Positions 52,939-64,000 of a stretch of DNA of 64,000 bases are shown one piece after another. The number at the start of each line of letters is the position of its first letter. Position 1 is the first letter of the stretch. Below the pieces are notes generated by a model. The model worked only from the letters and a program-made list of their open reading frames with translations. It made no database searches and was not told the DNA's origin. Source of the stretch: an uncultured Gemmatimonadales bacterium (GTDB lineage: Bacteria; Gemmatimonadota; Gemmatimonadetes; Longimicrobiales; Gaopeijiaceae); assembly GCA_963809895.1 (NCBI GenBank), contig CAWELD010000003.1, positions 2,016,001-2,080,000 on the forward strand, given 5' to 3'. The position numbers were made by a program, and so were the translations under genes.

Positions 52939-54219
52939 TCACGGAGTGCGGCGAGGGACGGGCCGGTCCGTGATGGCCCGGGCCGCCCGGTCGTGCACCG
53001 CCCGCCTGAGGGGGATGTGCTTCTGGTTGGCCCGGGTGGGATCCACGCGGTTGGTGAGAAGCACCACGAAGAGGTCGAGCTCCGGATCCATCCAGATCGA
53101 GGTGCCGGTGAAGCCGGTGTGGCCGAAGGCCCGTGCGGTGAAGTAGTCGCCGGCCGACGAGCGGCCGCCCGGCGTGTCCCAGCCCAGCGCCCGGCTCGAC
53201 GCCTCGTCGTAGCGCCGGGTGAAGAGCGCCACGGTGGAATCGGCGACGATGCGCACCGGCTCCGGGCGCGCCACCGGACAGGGCACGCCGGCATCGTCGG
53301 AGGGATCGCACGCCGGGGCCTCGCCGCCGTGGAGCATCATGTCGGCGAAGACCGCCAGGTCGGTGGCCGTGCTGAAGAGGCCCGCGTGCCCGGCGACCCC
53401 GCCCATGGCGTCGGCGTTCTCGTCGTGCACCCGGCCGTGCACGTGTTCGTGGCGCCAGAGGGTGTCGACCTCGGTGGGTGCGATGCGGGGCAGGAGCGAG
53501 GCGTCGGGCAGGAACTCCGTGTCGCGCATCCCCAGGGGAGCGAACACCCGGTCCTCCAGGAAGGCGTCCAGCGTCTGGCCCGCGATGGCCTCCACCACCA
53601 GCCCGACGCTCATGACGCCGATGTCCGAATACGCCGTCTCGGTACCGGGATCGGTCTGGAGCGGCTCGTCGTAGATGGCGTCCCGGTACGCGTCCTTGCC
53701 CCGGATGTCGAAGAACCAGCGTCGGAACGGGATGAAGCCGGCCCGGTGCAGGAGGAGCTGCCGCACGGTGACCCGGGACTTGCGGGGATCCCCCCGATCC
53801 CAGCCCGGCAGGTACTTCACCACGCGGTCGTCCAGCGACAGCCGGCCCTCGTCCAGGAGGATCATGACCGCGGTGGTGGTGCCGATGACCTTGGTGAGCG
53901 AAGCCAGGTCGTAGAGCGTGGTGGGCGTGACCGGCGCGTCGCCGCCGTAGTCCAGACGGCCGTATCCCCGCAGGCGCACCAGCCGTCCGTGGCGACCCAC
54001 CGCCAGGGCGGCGCCGGGCGTGGCCGAGTCGGCGATGGCCGCCAGCAGCGTCGCATCCAGGGCGGCCAGCGTGTCGGCGCTCATGCCCACGGTGGCGGGA
54101 TCCACCGTGTCTCCACCCGGTCCCGGAGCACCGGCGGCGGCACCCCCGCACGCGGTGGACGTCAACGCCACCAGCAGCGCCACGGCCGCCGCCCGGCCGC
54201 GCGCCTCAGCGCCGGGCAT
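52939..54219 (-). CDS. Serine hydrolase, beta-lactamase fold (AmiE-like amidase), lipoprotein
   Basis: DLASLTK (SxxK), YSD, VHDENA, GHAGLFS, GHTGFTGT; lipobox-like STA-C. Confidence 0.88.
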   Translation of the reverse strand: MPGAEARGRAAAVALLVALTSTACGGAAAGAPGPGGDTVDPATVGMSADTLAALDATLLAAIADSATPGAALAVGRHGRLVRLRGYGRLDYGGDAPVTPTTLYDLASLTKVIGTTTAVMILLDEGRLSLDDRVVKYLPGWDRGDPRKSRVTVRQLLLHRAGFIPFRRWFFDIRGKDAYRDAIYDEPLQTDPGTETAYSDIGVMSVGLVVEAIAGQTLDAFLEDRVFAPLGMRDTEFLPDASLLPRIAPTEVDTLWRHEHVHGRVHDENADAMGGVAGHAGLFSTATDLAVFADMMLHGGEAPACDPSDDAGVPCPVARPEPVRIVADSTVALFTRRYDEASSRALGWDTPGGRSSAGDYFTARAFGHTGFTGTSIWMDPELDLFVVLLTNRVDPTRANQKHIPLRRAVHDRAARAITDRPVPRRTP

Positions 54220-56095
54220 CCGACTTCGCCGGAAGCTGGATGCCGGCTCCCACCTCGAAGAGCGGGGGGATGGCGGTGGGGGTGCGCCCGGTGAGCGAGA
54301 AGTCCCCGAAGAGCGCCTGGGCCGCGGCCCGCTGGCTCGCCTCCGACCCGCTCCACGCCAGCATGTAGGCCTCGACGTCGGGGAACTCGGTGGCCAGGTA
54401 GGGACTGCCGAAGGAGATGACGATGTAGGGCGTGCCCTGGCGCTCCAGACCCTTGATGAAGTCCGCGGCCTCTTCGGGCAATGCCACCGAGCCGGCGTAC
54501 GACACGGCGGTGACGTAGAGCGACACGACCACGAGGTTCGAGGCCCGCGCCTGACGGAGCAGCCCGTCGTAGACCGGCTTCCGGGTGTCGCGCGTCACCT
54601 CCACCGTGTTCAGTCGGGGGTAGTGGGACCGCAGGCCCGCATTGAAGTAGCGGCCGGCCAGCAGGTCGTTGGTACGCCGGTAGCTCACGGACAGCACACG
54701 GGCCGTGCGGGTGCCCAGGAGCGGCAGCAGGTCGCGCCCGTTGCGCAGCAGCGTCATGGAGCGCCGGGCCACCTCGGCGGCCACCTCCGTGTGCTCCGGG
54801 ATCCCCACGATGCGGGGGATCTCCTCGATGGGCACCGTGCGTCGGCTGGCCAATCCCAGCTCCTGCTTCACCTCCAGGATGTGGCGCACCGACTGGTCGA
54901 TGCGCGCCTCGGGGATGCGGCCCGAGCACACGGCGTCCAGGATACCCCGGATCGCCACTGACACGTCGGGGGGCTGCAGGATGATGTCGGCGCCGGCTTC
55001 CACGGCCAGCGCCGCCGCCTCGTCGCGGTCGTAGCCCCGGTCGATGGCGCCCATGTCCATGGCGTCGGTGACCACCAGGCCGTGAAAGCCGAGCTGCTCC
55101 CGGAGCAGGTCGTGGAGCACCAGCGGAGACAGGGTGGAGGGGTCGCCGTTGCCGCCGTTCAGCGCCGGGACCGTGATGTGCGCGGTCATGATGGCGCCCA
55201 CCCCGGCCTGGATGGCTCTCTCGAAAGGCACCAGCTCCACCGAGTCCAGGCGGGCCCGGGACGAGGTGATGGTGGGGAGCCCCAGATGCGAATCGGTTCC
55301 CGTGTCGCCGTGGCCGGGAAAGTGCTTGGCCGTGGCGATGGCGCCGTGCTCCTGCACCCCCCGTACGAAGGCCGCGCCCAGCGACGCCACCATCTCGGGA
55401 TCCTCGCCGAAGGACCGGGTGTTGATGACCGGATTGTCCGGGTTGGAGTTCACGTCCAGCACCGGCGCGAACGGGATGTGGATGCCCACGGCCCGGGCCT
55501 CCTGGGCGGTGATGCGGCCCATCTCGTAGGCCAGCCCCGCATCGCGCGTGGCTCCCAGGGCCATGAGGCTCGGGAAGTCGGTGGCGCCGCCGAGGGCGAT
55601 GTTGGTGGGAAGGTGCACCGCACCCTTGAGGCGGAAGCCCGCACCGGTCTCCAGATCGGCGCCCACCAGCAGCGGCACCCGCGAGTGCTCCTGGAAGTCG
55701 TTGAGCTTCACCGCCACGTCGGTGGGAGAGCCCACGGAGATGATGACGCCCCCGATGCCGTCCTCCTGGATCATGCGCACGATGCGGTCGTGGCCCGGCG
55801 TTCCCTCGGGCGCGTAATCCCCCAGCACCACCGGCATGATCATCTGGCCGATCTTCTGGCGCAGCGTCAGGGAGTCCAGCGTGCGCTCGACCCAGTCGCG
55901 GGTGTCCGGCACCGAGTCGGGTCGCACCAGCTCGGTGACCGATGGAGGCGCCTGCTGCTCCGGCTGGGGGACCCGGGGCTCCTGGGCGGGCTCGGGCTGT
56001 GACGGCCCCGCCGCCGGAGGCGCCGAGGAGCAGGCGGTGGCGGCCGCCAGCAGGCAGGCCAGGGCCAGGCGGTGTGGACGAAGGTGGCGGAGCAT
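54206..56095 (-). CDS. nagZ: GH3 beta-N-acetylglucosaminidase (NagZ-like, two-domain), lipoprotein
   Basis: KHFPGHGDTGTDSH NagZ signature, FAPVLDV, RSFGEDP, VTDAMDM; start trimmed to MLRHLR. Confidence 0.9.
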   Translation of the reverse strand: MLRHLRPHRLALACLLAAATACSSAPPAAGPSQPEPAQEPRVPQPEQQAPPSVTELVRPDSVPDTRDWVERTLDSLTLRQKIGQMIMPVVLGDYAPEGTPGHDRIVRMIQEDGIGGVIISVGSPTDVAVKLNDFQEHSRVPLLVGADLETGAGFRLKGAVHLPTNIALGGATDFPSLMALGATRDAGLAYEMGRITAQEARAVGIHIPFAPVLDVNSNPDNPVINTRSFGEDPEMVASLGAAFVRGVQEHGAIATAKHFPGHGDTGTDSHLGLPTITSSRARLDSVELVPFERAIQAGVGAIMTAHITVPALNGGNGDPSTLSPLVLHDLLREQLGFHGLVVTDAMDMGAIDRGYDRDEAAALAVEAGADIILQPPDVSVAIRGILDAVCSGRIPEARIDQSVRHILEVKQELGLASRRTVPIEEIPRIVGIPEHTEVAAEVARRSMTLLRNGRDLLPLLGTRTARVLSVSYRRTNDLLAGRYFNAGLRSHYPRLNTVEVTRDTRKPVYDGLLRQARASNLVVVSLYVTAVSYAGSVALPEEAADFIKGLERQGTPYIVISFGSPYLATEFPDVEAYMLAWSGSEASQRAAAQALFGDFSLTGRTPTAIPPLFEVGAGIQLPAKSDARR

Positions 56096-56247
56096 CGGGC
56101 CGGAAGGGACCACGGGTGGAAGGACGGGCTCTCGGAGAGCCGCACCGCTCCCCTGCGTTGACGACGTTCGGAGGGGCCCCGATGTTGACGCCTCCCACGT
56201 CCTGACGTCAGGCGGACGGGACCGATCCCCCGGAACCCGGGCAACGT

Positions 56248-57537
56248 ATGGCATTGTCACGAACGCCACAATCCGCTCTCCTGGCCCTGGTGTGGACCGT
56301 TTCGGCCGCCTGCTCGGCCCCGGCAGCCGACGGCCGACCCACCGATGAGTCCGCTGGCACGCTCCGGGCTTCTACGCCGCCCGTACGCGTGGGTGCCCGG
56401 GTCCTGGTGGAGGACTCCCTCGCGCTGGTGCGGGGACGCAGGGTGGGCCTCATCACGAACCAGACGGGGATCGTCGAGACCGACTCGGGCACGGTGAGCA
56501 CCATCGACCTGCTCTACCGCCGGCCCGGGGTCGATCTGGTAGCCCTCTTCGGTCCGGAGCACGGCATCCGGGGCACCGCCGACGAGGGAGAGGCGGTGGA
56601 GGGCGGAACCGACCCGGGCACCGGTCTGCCCATACACTCGCTCTACGGAGGCACCCGGAGCCCCGAGCCCGCGGATCTGCAGGATCTGGACATCCTCCTC
56701 TTCGACATCCAGGACATCGGCACGCGCTACTACACCTACGTGTGGACCATGAGCCTGGCCATGGAGGCGGCGGGCCGGGCGGGCATCCCCTTCGTGGTCC
56801 TGGACCGCCCCGACCCCATCGGCGGCGATCTGGTGCAGGGCAACGTCCTGGATCCGGCGTACGCCACCTTCGTCGGGCTCTACCCGGTGCCCATGCGCCA
56901 CGGCCTCACGCCCGGGGAGCTGGCCCGCATGCTGGTGGGGGAGTTCGGAATCGAGGTGGAGCTCCACGTCATGCCGGCCAGCGGCTGGCGCAGGGACATG
57001 TCGTTCGACGCCACGGGGCTGCCGTGGGTGGCACCGTCGCCCAACATGCCCTCCGTGGAGAGCGCGCTCCACTACCCGGGCACCTGTCTCTTCGAGGGCA
57101 CGGGACTCTCGGTGGGGCGAGGCACCGACCGCGCCTTCCAGCAGATCGGCGCGCCCTGGTTGGACGGCGAAGCGCTGGCCGCCGCCCTGAACGCCAGGGC
57201 GCTCCCCGGCGTACGCTTCGAACCGGTGCGCTTCACGCCCGTCGACCCCAGCGACGGGAAGTTCGGGGGACAGGAGGTGGCCGGGGTGCGCTTCGTCGCC
57301 ACCGACCCCACCACGTACGACCCCACGGTGGCCGCGGTGGCGACGCTGGTGGAGGCGCGCCGACTGGCTGGCGACCGCTGGGAATGGCGTGAGGAGCACT
57401 TCGACCGTCTGGCCGGCACCGACGCCCTCAGGCTGGGGATCGACGCCGGCGACGACGTGGCCGTGCTCACGGCCGGCTGGGCATCGCAGCTCGCGGCGTT
57501 CCGCGAGCTCCGGCGCGCCTATCTGCTCTATCCCTGA
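56248..57537 (+). CDS. namZ: DUF1343 exo-beta-N-acetylmuramidase NamZ family, lipoprotein
   Basis: GLITNQTG, LFGPEHG, FDIQDIGTRYYTY, LDRPDP, PSPNMP, SVGRGT. Confidence 0.9.
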   Translation: MALSRTPQSALLALVWTVSAACSAPAADGRPTDESAGTLRASTPPVRVGARVLVEDSLALVRGRRVGLITNQTGIVETDSGTVSTIDLLYRRPGVDLVALFGPEHGIRGTADEGEAVEGGTDPGTGLPIHSLYGGTRSPEPADLQDLDILLFDIQDIGTRYYTYVWTMSLAMEAAGRAGIPFVVLDRPDPIGGDLVQGNVLDPAYATFVGLYPVPMRHGLTPGELARMLVGEFGIEVELHVMPASGWRRDMSFDATGLPWVAPSPNMPSVESALHYPGTCLFEGTGLSVGRGTDRAFQQIGAPWLDGEALAAALNARALPGVRFEPVRFTPVDPSDGKFGGQEVAGVRFVATDPTTYDPTVAAVATLVEARRLAGDRWEWREEHFDRLAGTDALRLGIDAGDDVAVLTAGWASQLAAFRELRRAYLLYP

Positions 57538-57722
57538 CGACAGCCCATGAGCAGCGCCGCGGCTCACGCGCAAGCGCCCACGACGACTCCCCGGCAGCGC
57601 CACATCCTGGTAGACTTGGATGGGGCCCGGCGCTGCTTAGGGCCCCACCGTGGCCCGCCAGCGGCGAGCCTTTCCGGATCACGGATGGAGGGTAGCCCTC
57701 CGCCCTCCGGGGAGTCGGGACG

Positions 57723-58376
57723 ATGAAGACGTTTGCCGGTCGTAGCGCTACGGCGCTGACGCTCCTCGCGGTCGCGTCGTGCCTGACCGTGGGGAGCCGT
57801 AGCGCCATCCAGGAGATGCACGATCAGTTCAAGGTGACCACCGATCTGCGAGCCGCCGCGCTGACCGGCGACGTGCCCGGTGTGCAGGCCGCGGCGCTGG
57901 AGCTCGCCCGACGGGGGGCCGTCGACGGCATTCCCGCACAGACCCGCCCACGCATCTTCGACCTGCGGCAGCGGGCGGAAGGCCTGGCCGGGGCCACCGA
58001 TCTGCACACCATCACGGTGGAGACAGCCGCCGTCGCCGGGGACTGTGGTGACTGCCACGTCGCCTCCGACGCGAACGTGGGCGCGAGCTTCGTGCTGGGA
58101 GACGTCCCCGAAGCGTCGAGCCGGCGGCGCCACGCGGTGGTCCAGAGCTGGGGCTTCAACCGCCTCTGGGAAGGGGTGGTGGGACCGTCCGATTCGTCCT
58201 GGGCAGCCGGCGTCCGCACCCTGCGCGACCGGAGCGTGGTCCCCGAGGGCCGCACGGAGCTGCCGCCGGCGCTGGATGCCGCGGTTCGGGCGGCGGAGCA
58301 GGCCCGGACGCACAGCGAGCGTACCCAGGCGCTGGGCCAGGTATTGACGGCCTGCGCCGACTGCCACGTGAGGTAG
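57723..58376 (+). CDS. Secreted diheme c-type cytochrome (cytochrome c'-like helical repeats)
   Basis: Signal/lipobox-like N-terminus; CGDCH mid-protein and CADCH at the extreme C-terminus. Confidence 0.7.
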   Translation: MKTFAGRSATALTLLAVASCLTVGSRSAIQEMHDQFKVTTDLRAAALTGDVPGVQAAALELARRGAVDGIPAQTRPRIFDLRQRAEGLAGATDLHTITVETAAVAGDCGDCHVASDANVGASFVLGDVPEASSRRRHAVVQSWGFNRLWEGVVGPSDSSWAAGVRTLRDRSVVPEGRTELPPALDAAVRAAEQARTHSERTQALGQVLTACADCHVR

Positions 58377-58378
58377 CC

Positions 58379-59119
58379 GTGCCCCAACCCTCCCCCTTCG
58401 CACCGGCCTTCTTCCAGTTCTTCCGCGAGCTTCGCCGCAACAACCGCAAAGAGTGGTTCGAGGCCAACCGCGACCGCTACGAGGAGGACGTCCTCGAGCC
58501 GAGCAAGGCCTTCGTGCTGGCCTTCCGCCCCCACCTGCGTGACATCAGCGCGCATTTTCGCGCCGAGCCCAGGGTTCGCGGAGGCTCGCTCTTCCGCATC
58601 CACGCCAACCTGCGCTTCCGGCCCGGGGGCGATCCGTACAAGGAGCACGCGGGCATCCAGTTCCGGCACGCCGGGGGCGACGACGTGCACGCCCCGGGCT
58701 TCTACCTGCACCTGGAGCCGACGCGAGACGCAGCCGAGGCGTCGGGCGACGACGAGCCGGCCAGCCTCCGCGGGGGCTGCTTCGTGGGGATGGGTCTCTG
58801 GCATCCCGACCGTGACACGCTCACGGCGATCCGCCAGGCCATCGTCGACGACCCCGACGGTTGGACCTCCGTGGTGCGCGACGACGGGTTCACCGGGACC
58901 TTCGAGTTGGGCGGCGAGAGCCTGGTCCGGGGACCCGTGGGCTTCGACCACGACCATCCCCTGATCGACGACATCAAGCGCAAGGACTTCATCGCCGCAG
59001 CCCCTCTGTCGGAAGACGAGGTCACAGGCCGGGGTTTCGTGGAGTCCTTCGCGGAGCGCTGCCGGGTTGGGGCCCCCTTCGTGCGCTGGCTGTGTGGAGC
59101 GGTCGGGGCGGACTTCTAA
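58379..59119 (+). CDS. DUF2461 family protein
   Basis: FFRELRRNNRKEWFEANR..YE, SLFRI...RF...PYK, PGFYLHL. Confidence 0.88.
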   Translation: MPQPSPFAPAFFQFFRELRRNNRKEWFEANRDRYEEDVLEPSKAFVLAFRPHLRDISAHFRAEPRVRGGSLFRIHANLRFRPGGDPYKEHAGIQFRHAGGDDVHAPGFYLHLEPTRDAAEASGDDEPASLRGGCFVGMGLWHPDRDTLTAIRQAIVDDPDGWTSVVRDDGFTGTFELGGESLVRGPVGFDHDHPLIDDIKRKDFIAAAPLSEDEVTGRGFVESFAERCRVGAPFVRWLCGAVGADF

Positions 59120-60222
59120 CCGCCTTCCCCGGCCCGCAGCACGAAGCGCGCGCCCGGCACCGGCAGGTCCCAACGGCTGTCGTCGCCGCCCAGGGCGCGC
59201 CGCAGCCGGGCCACGAAGTCCGGCAGCAGCGTGAACAGCACCGGCTCGGGATCGGTGCTCACCGGCTCGAAGAAGCTCTCCCAGTGCCCCAGGAGCACGT
59301 GCCGGGCCCCGGTGTTCTCCACGATGGCCTCGGGCTGCCAGTCGACCTCGGCGTAGGTGGCGGGCACCACGATGGCCACGTCCACGGGCGCCAGCTCGGG
59401 CGGGATGAAGCCGAAGGGCTCCCGGGCCACCGCGTCCTGGTAGTAGATGCGCGCCCGCACGCCGCCGTCGGGCCCCAGAACGTCCACCAGGTACGCCAGC
59501 GTCTCGCCCTCGAGCCACTCGTCGGCGCCCTCGGGCACCCGAGGCATGGGCCGCCGGCGCACTCCGCTGTAGAGGGTGATCCCCTGGAAGTGCGGGGCGT
59601 GGTCCGAGACCAGCGGGAGCACGCGAACGTCGGGCGCCACCCGCACCCAGTGTCCCATGCGCTCCACGGTGGCGGCCGAGTCGGACACGTCCAGCACCCG
59701 CGTCGTGTCCAGGCCACGCTCGGCGAAGGGCGCCAGGGTGTAGCGGGTGGTGGTGTTGCCCAGGATGACCGCGCGGCGCGCGTGCCGGGTGGCGAGGTAG
59801 GGCACGTCCATGAGGTGGTCGTAGTGGGCGTGGCCCACCAGGATCGCCGACACGTCCGAGAGGTCCGGGACCTTCAGCAGGTCCAGCGCCCGTTCCACGG
59901 CCGCGGTGTCTGTGGCGATGGCACGGAGCCCGGTCCGGAGCAGGCTCGGGTTGGAGAAGAGCGGCGCCGCCAGGATCCGCGATCGTCCCGTGTCCAGGAG
60001 CCATCCCCCGACCCCGAGGTAGGTGAGGGTCACGGAGCCGCCACCGTGGACCGCATCGGGCACGGACACCGTCCCCCGGGCGAAGTCGTCGGGCCCGAGG
60101 CCGTGGATGCACCCGGCCAGGGTCAGGGCGGCGGCAACCGCCAGGATGCGGGCCAGCCGGAAGGGCCCGAGCGCTCCCGCACCCGGGCGTGCGAGGCACC
60201 GGAGCGCCCCGCCCGTGCGCAT
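59116..60222 (-). CDS. Metallo-beta-lactamase-fold hydrolase, probable lipoprotein
   Basis: GHAHYDHLMD motif, HAPH, GHWE; lipobox LAG-C; start inferred. Confidence 0.82.
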   Translation of the reverse strand: MRTGGALRCLARPGAGALGPFRLARILAVAAALTLAGCIHGLGPDDFARGTVSVPDAVHGGGSVTLTYLGVGGWLLDTGRSRILAAPLFSNPSLLRTGLRAIATDTAAVERALDLLKVPDLSDVSAILVGHAHYDHLMDVPYLATRHARRAVILGNTTTRYTLAPFAERGLDTTRVLDVSDSAATVERMGHWVRVAPDVRVLPLVSDHAPHFQGITLYSGVRRRPMPRVPEGADEWLEGETLAYLVDVLGPDGGVRARIYYQDAVAREPFGFIPPELAPVDVAIVVPATYAEVDWQPEAIVENTGARHVLLGHWESFFEPVSTDPEPVLFTLLPDFVARLRRALGGDDSRWDLPVPGARFVLRAGEGG

Positions 60223-61100
60223 CAGCCCGAAACGGTCGCGGGAGCCCCGCTGGCGAAGCGCTCCACCCGCTCCAGGAAGGCGTCGAAGAGCCGCTGGCTC
60301 ACCGGGCCCACTCGCCCATCCCCCACCGGGCGCCCATCGATCGTGACGGTCGGCCTGACCTCGGTGGTGGTGCCGGTGAAGAAGGCCTCGTCGGCCCGGG
60401 CCAGCTCCTCCACCTGGATGGGGCGCTCCTCCACCCGGAGCCCCAGTTCCCCAGCCATCTCGAGGAGATAGCCGCGGGTGATCCCGTGCAGGATCACGTT
60501 GCTGGCGGGATGGGTCACCACCGTGTCGCCGAAGACGGCGAAGAAGTTGTTGTGGGCGCCTTCCAGCGCCACGCCGTCCCGCACGAAGAGCGCGTCGTCG
60601 ACGCCGGCGTCCACCGCGGCCTGCTGCGCCAGCACGTTGGGCAGAAGCGCGATGGTCTTGATGTCCACCCGCGCCCAGCGCCGGTCCGGCACCGTGACGG
60701 CGTGGAATCCCTCGTCCCAGCGGACCCGCGGAGGCCGGCGGTACTCGTTGGCGAAGGCGTAGACCGTGGGCGCCACCGGCTCTTTCGGAAACGCGTGCGT
60801 GCGGGGCGCGACGCCCCGGGTGATCTGGACGTAGACGTACGCCACCTCGGACCCCTCCAGGCCGTTCTCGGCCAGGAGCCGTCGGTGGACGGCGTCCAGG
60901 TCCGACAGGTCGGCCGTGAGTCGTAGCGCCGCCAGTCCCCGCTCGAGCCGCGCCCGATGCCGGTCGGCGAGAAAGAAGCGCCCGCGGTAGGCGGGGGTGA
61001 CCTCGTAGACGCCGTCGCCGAAGAGAAAGCCCCGGTCCTCGACCGGGACCAGGGCTTCCTCGCGAGGCAGATAACGGCCGTTCAGGAAGACCGTGCTCAT
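60222..61100 (-). CDS. dat: Class IV aminotransferase (D-amino-acid transaminase-like)
   Basis: EDRGFLFGDGVYEV, YVQITRGVAPR.H.FP, DIKTIALLPNVL, ILHGITR. Confidence 0.85.
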   Translation of the reverse strand: MSTVFLNGRYLPREEALVPVEDRGFLFGDGVYEVTPAYRGRFFLADRHRARLERGLAALRLTADLSDLDAVHRRLLAENGLEGSEVAYVYVQITRGVAPRTHAFPKEPVAPTVYAFANEYRRPPRVRWDEGFHAVTVPDRRWARVDIKTIALLPNVLAQQAAVDAGVDDALFVRDGVALEGAHNNFFAVFGDTVVTHPASNVILHGITRGYLLEMAGELGLRVEERPIQVEELARADEAFFTGTTTEVRPTVTIDGRPVGDGRVGPVSQRLFDAFLERVERFASGAPATVSG

Positions 61101-61996
61101 GCCTGGGTGTTCTTCTCCAGGTCCTTGAATTGCTCCAGGAGCTCCGCCTCGGCGACGCCCTCGTTGCCCGGCGAGGTCTCGCCGTCCTCTTCCACCGCCT
61201 CCACGTCGGCCTCCACGGCGTCGTCGGCCGACTTCGCCTCGGCCGGCGCGCCACCCTCGTCCTCGTCGTCTTCACCGGCGCCGAGCTGCTTGGGCTTCTC
61301 CGCCTTGCCACCGGACAGCAGGCCCATCTGCTGCTTCAGCGCCGCCAGGCGACCTTCGACGTCGGCATCGCCGCCGCCGGACTCGAGACGCATGAACTGG
61401 GTCTCCAGCGTATCGCCGGTGAGCGCCTCGTTGACCTCGGCCGCCGCCAGGTTGCGCCGCTCCGACTCCTCGATCTTCTCGGCCATGCGATTGAAGGCCT
61501 CGAAGGCGGAGGTGTCCGACAGACCGGACATGGTCTCGTGGATGCGCCGCGAAGCCTGGGCACGCTTCTGCTTGGCGATGAGGAGGTTCCGCTTGCGCTT
61601 GGCCTCCTCGATCTTCTCGTTGAGCTGGCGGAGCGAAGCCTTGAGCTTCTCGGTCTCCTGGGCCTGGGCGCGCCAGGTCTGTTCCAGGGCCCCGGCCCGT
61701 TCGGCGTGCTCCTGCTGGCGCACGAGGGCCTGCTTGGCCAGGTCGTCACGACCCTCCTTGACCGCCAGCATGGCCCGGTGCTCCCAATCGCGGGCCTGCT
61801 TGGCCTCGTCGTCGAGCTGCCCGCGCAGCTTGCGCTCGTCGGCGATGGCAGCGGCGACTTCGCGCTTGGCCTTCGCCAACTGATCCCGCATGTCCAGGAT
61901 GATCTGATTCAGCATCTTCTCCGGGTTCTCGGCCCGGCTGATCAGATCGTTGATGTTGGACTTGAGCAGGGTCGACAGCTTCTGGAAGATTCCCAT
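61097..61996 (-). CDS. pspA: PspA/IM30 family protein with acidic C-terminal tail
   Basis: MGIFQKL...KSNINDLISRAENPEKML.Q...DM, GRDDLAKQAL; coiled-coil. Confidence 0.92.
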   Translation of the reverse strand: MGIFQKLSTLLKSNINDLISRAENPEKMLNQIILDMRDQLAKAKREVAAAIADERKLRGQLDDEAKQARDWEHRAMLAVKEGRDDLAKQALVRQQEHAERAGALEQTWRAQAQETEKLKASLRQLNEKIEEAKRKRNLLIAKQKRAQASRRIHETMSGLSDTSAFEAFNRMAEKIEESERRNLAAAEVNEALTGDTLETQFMRLESGGGDADVEGRLAALKQQMGLLSGGKAEKPKQLGAGEDDEDEGGAPAEAKSADDAVEADVEAVEEDGETSPGNEGVAEAELLEQFKDLEKNTQA

Positions 61997-61999
61997 GAA

Positions 62000-62398
62000 T
62001 CAGCCCTCCGCGGGCGCGCCGGCCAGGGACCGGATACGCTCCATGTGACCGGACGCCGCGAGCTGAATGCTCTCCACCGACGCCTGGATCTCCTGGAAGT
62101 CCAGGGTTTCCAGCTCCAGTGTGTCGCTGAGGACGACCTCGCCGTCTTCGAGCCCGTAGGCCCCGTGAACGACGTCGGTGGCATTCAACTCGAGCAGCAT
62201 GCGGTACAGCTCGAGATTCCCCGCGCCCTCCGTGAGGTCCATGACCTTCATGCGCAGCACCAGGAGGGGGGGTGCGTAATTGATGACCAGCGGAAGCCCG
62301 CCGTTGCGGGTCAGCACAAGGAACATCCCCTCTTCCACCTCCTCGTACTCCACATCCATGCGGATGAGGAAGCTTTCGAGATCCTCACGGGTGACCAT
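62000..62398 (-). CDS. YbjN/CesT-like chaperone-fold protein
   Basis: LYRMLLELNATDVVHGAYGLE; small acidic protein directly upstream of pspA. Confidence 0.75.
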   Translation of the reverse strand: MVTREDLESFLIRMDVEYEEVEEGMFLVLTRNGGLPLVINYAPPLLVLRMKVMDLTEGAGNLELYRMLLELNATDVVHGAYGLEDGEVVLSDTLELETLDFQEIQASVESIQLAASGHMERIRSLAGAPAEG

Positions 62399-62615
62399 GA
62401 ACCAGACTCCAGTGACAGGGGGGTGGCCGCCGCCGCGGCACGCGGGGCGCTTCGTGCCCCACTCCGTACGGCCTCCGGCCTGACGGGGTTTCCCTCGGCG
62501 GGATGCAGGCAGGCACCCCGTCCGTGGCCTCGAAAGGTAATACAGCCACGGGGGAAGGCGCGACCGTCTCGACAGGCGGTTTTCGGGATGGTTACGCACG
62601 GGCCTGCGCGTCCCT

Positions 62616-64000
<1,385 letters not shown>

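Noticed and set aside
52939..54219. Class C beta-lactamase
   Set aside because: VHDENA/GHAGLF motifs and position beside NagZ/NamZ point to an AmiE-like amidase

Overview
High-GC bacterial chromosomal segment. The gene content (two PadR/ADOP permease pairs, a carboxypeptidase-regulatory-like repeat protein, a DUF222-HNH protein) suggests Gemmatimonadota or a similar lineage; this is an inference. Housekeeping blocks: rpsP-rimM-trmD-rplS-rnhB, purA-ffh, trpS-mgtC-pilT-dapA-like, asd-lysC-dapB-dapA-dapD, and uvrA (partial)-ybjN-pspA-dat. Metabolic and envelope blocks: a Tat-signal Mo-hydroxylase operon divergent from a collagen-stalked multiheme cytochrome, an OB-fold lipoprotein/ArnT-like/AsnB operon, and a peptidoglycan-salvage cluster (NamZ, GH3 NagZ, AmiE-like, two sodium:solute symporters, BadF-type kinase). 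The most unusual structure is at tRNA-Lys(TTT): a ~2.4 kb integrase-less islet bounded by 62-bp att-like direct repeats, with paired TGCACGAC-N3-TGCACGA arm-like sites inside both ends. It abuts an AAA_14/DUF4143 ATPase-nuclease gene preceded by a 23-bp-period GTGCAC array. Also notable are a DUF222-HNH gene with a palindrome repeated in its leader and its ORF, and a candidate purA attenuator. Several single-base frameshifts and a purine-rich non-coding stretch (~37.85-39.05 kb) suggest long-read consensus errors, so pseudogene calls are provisional. All family assignments are by motif recognition, not database search.
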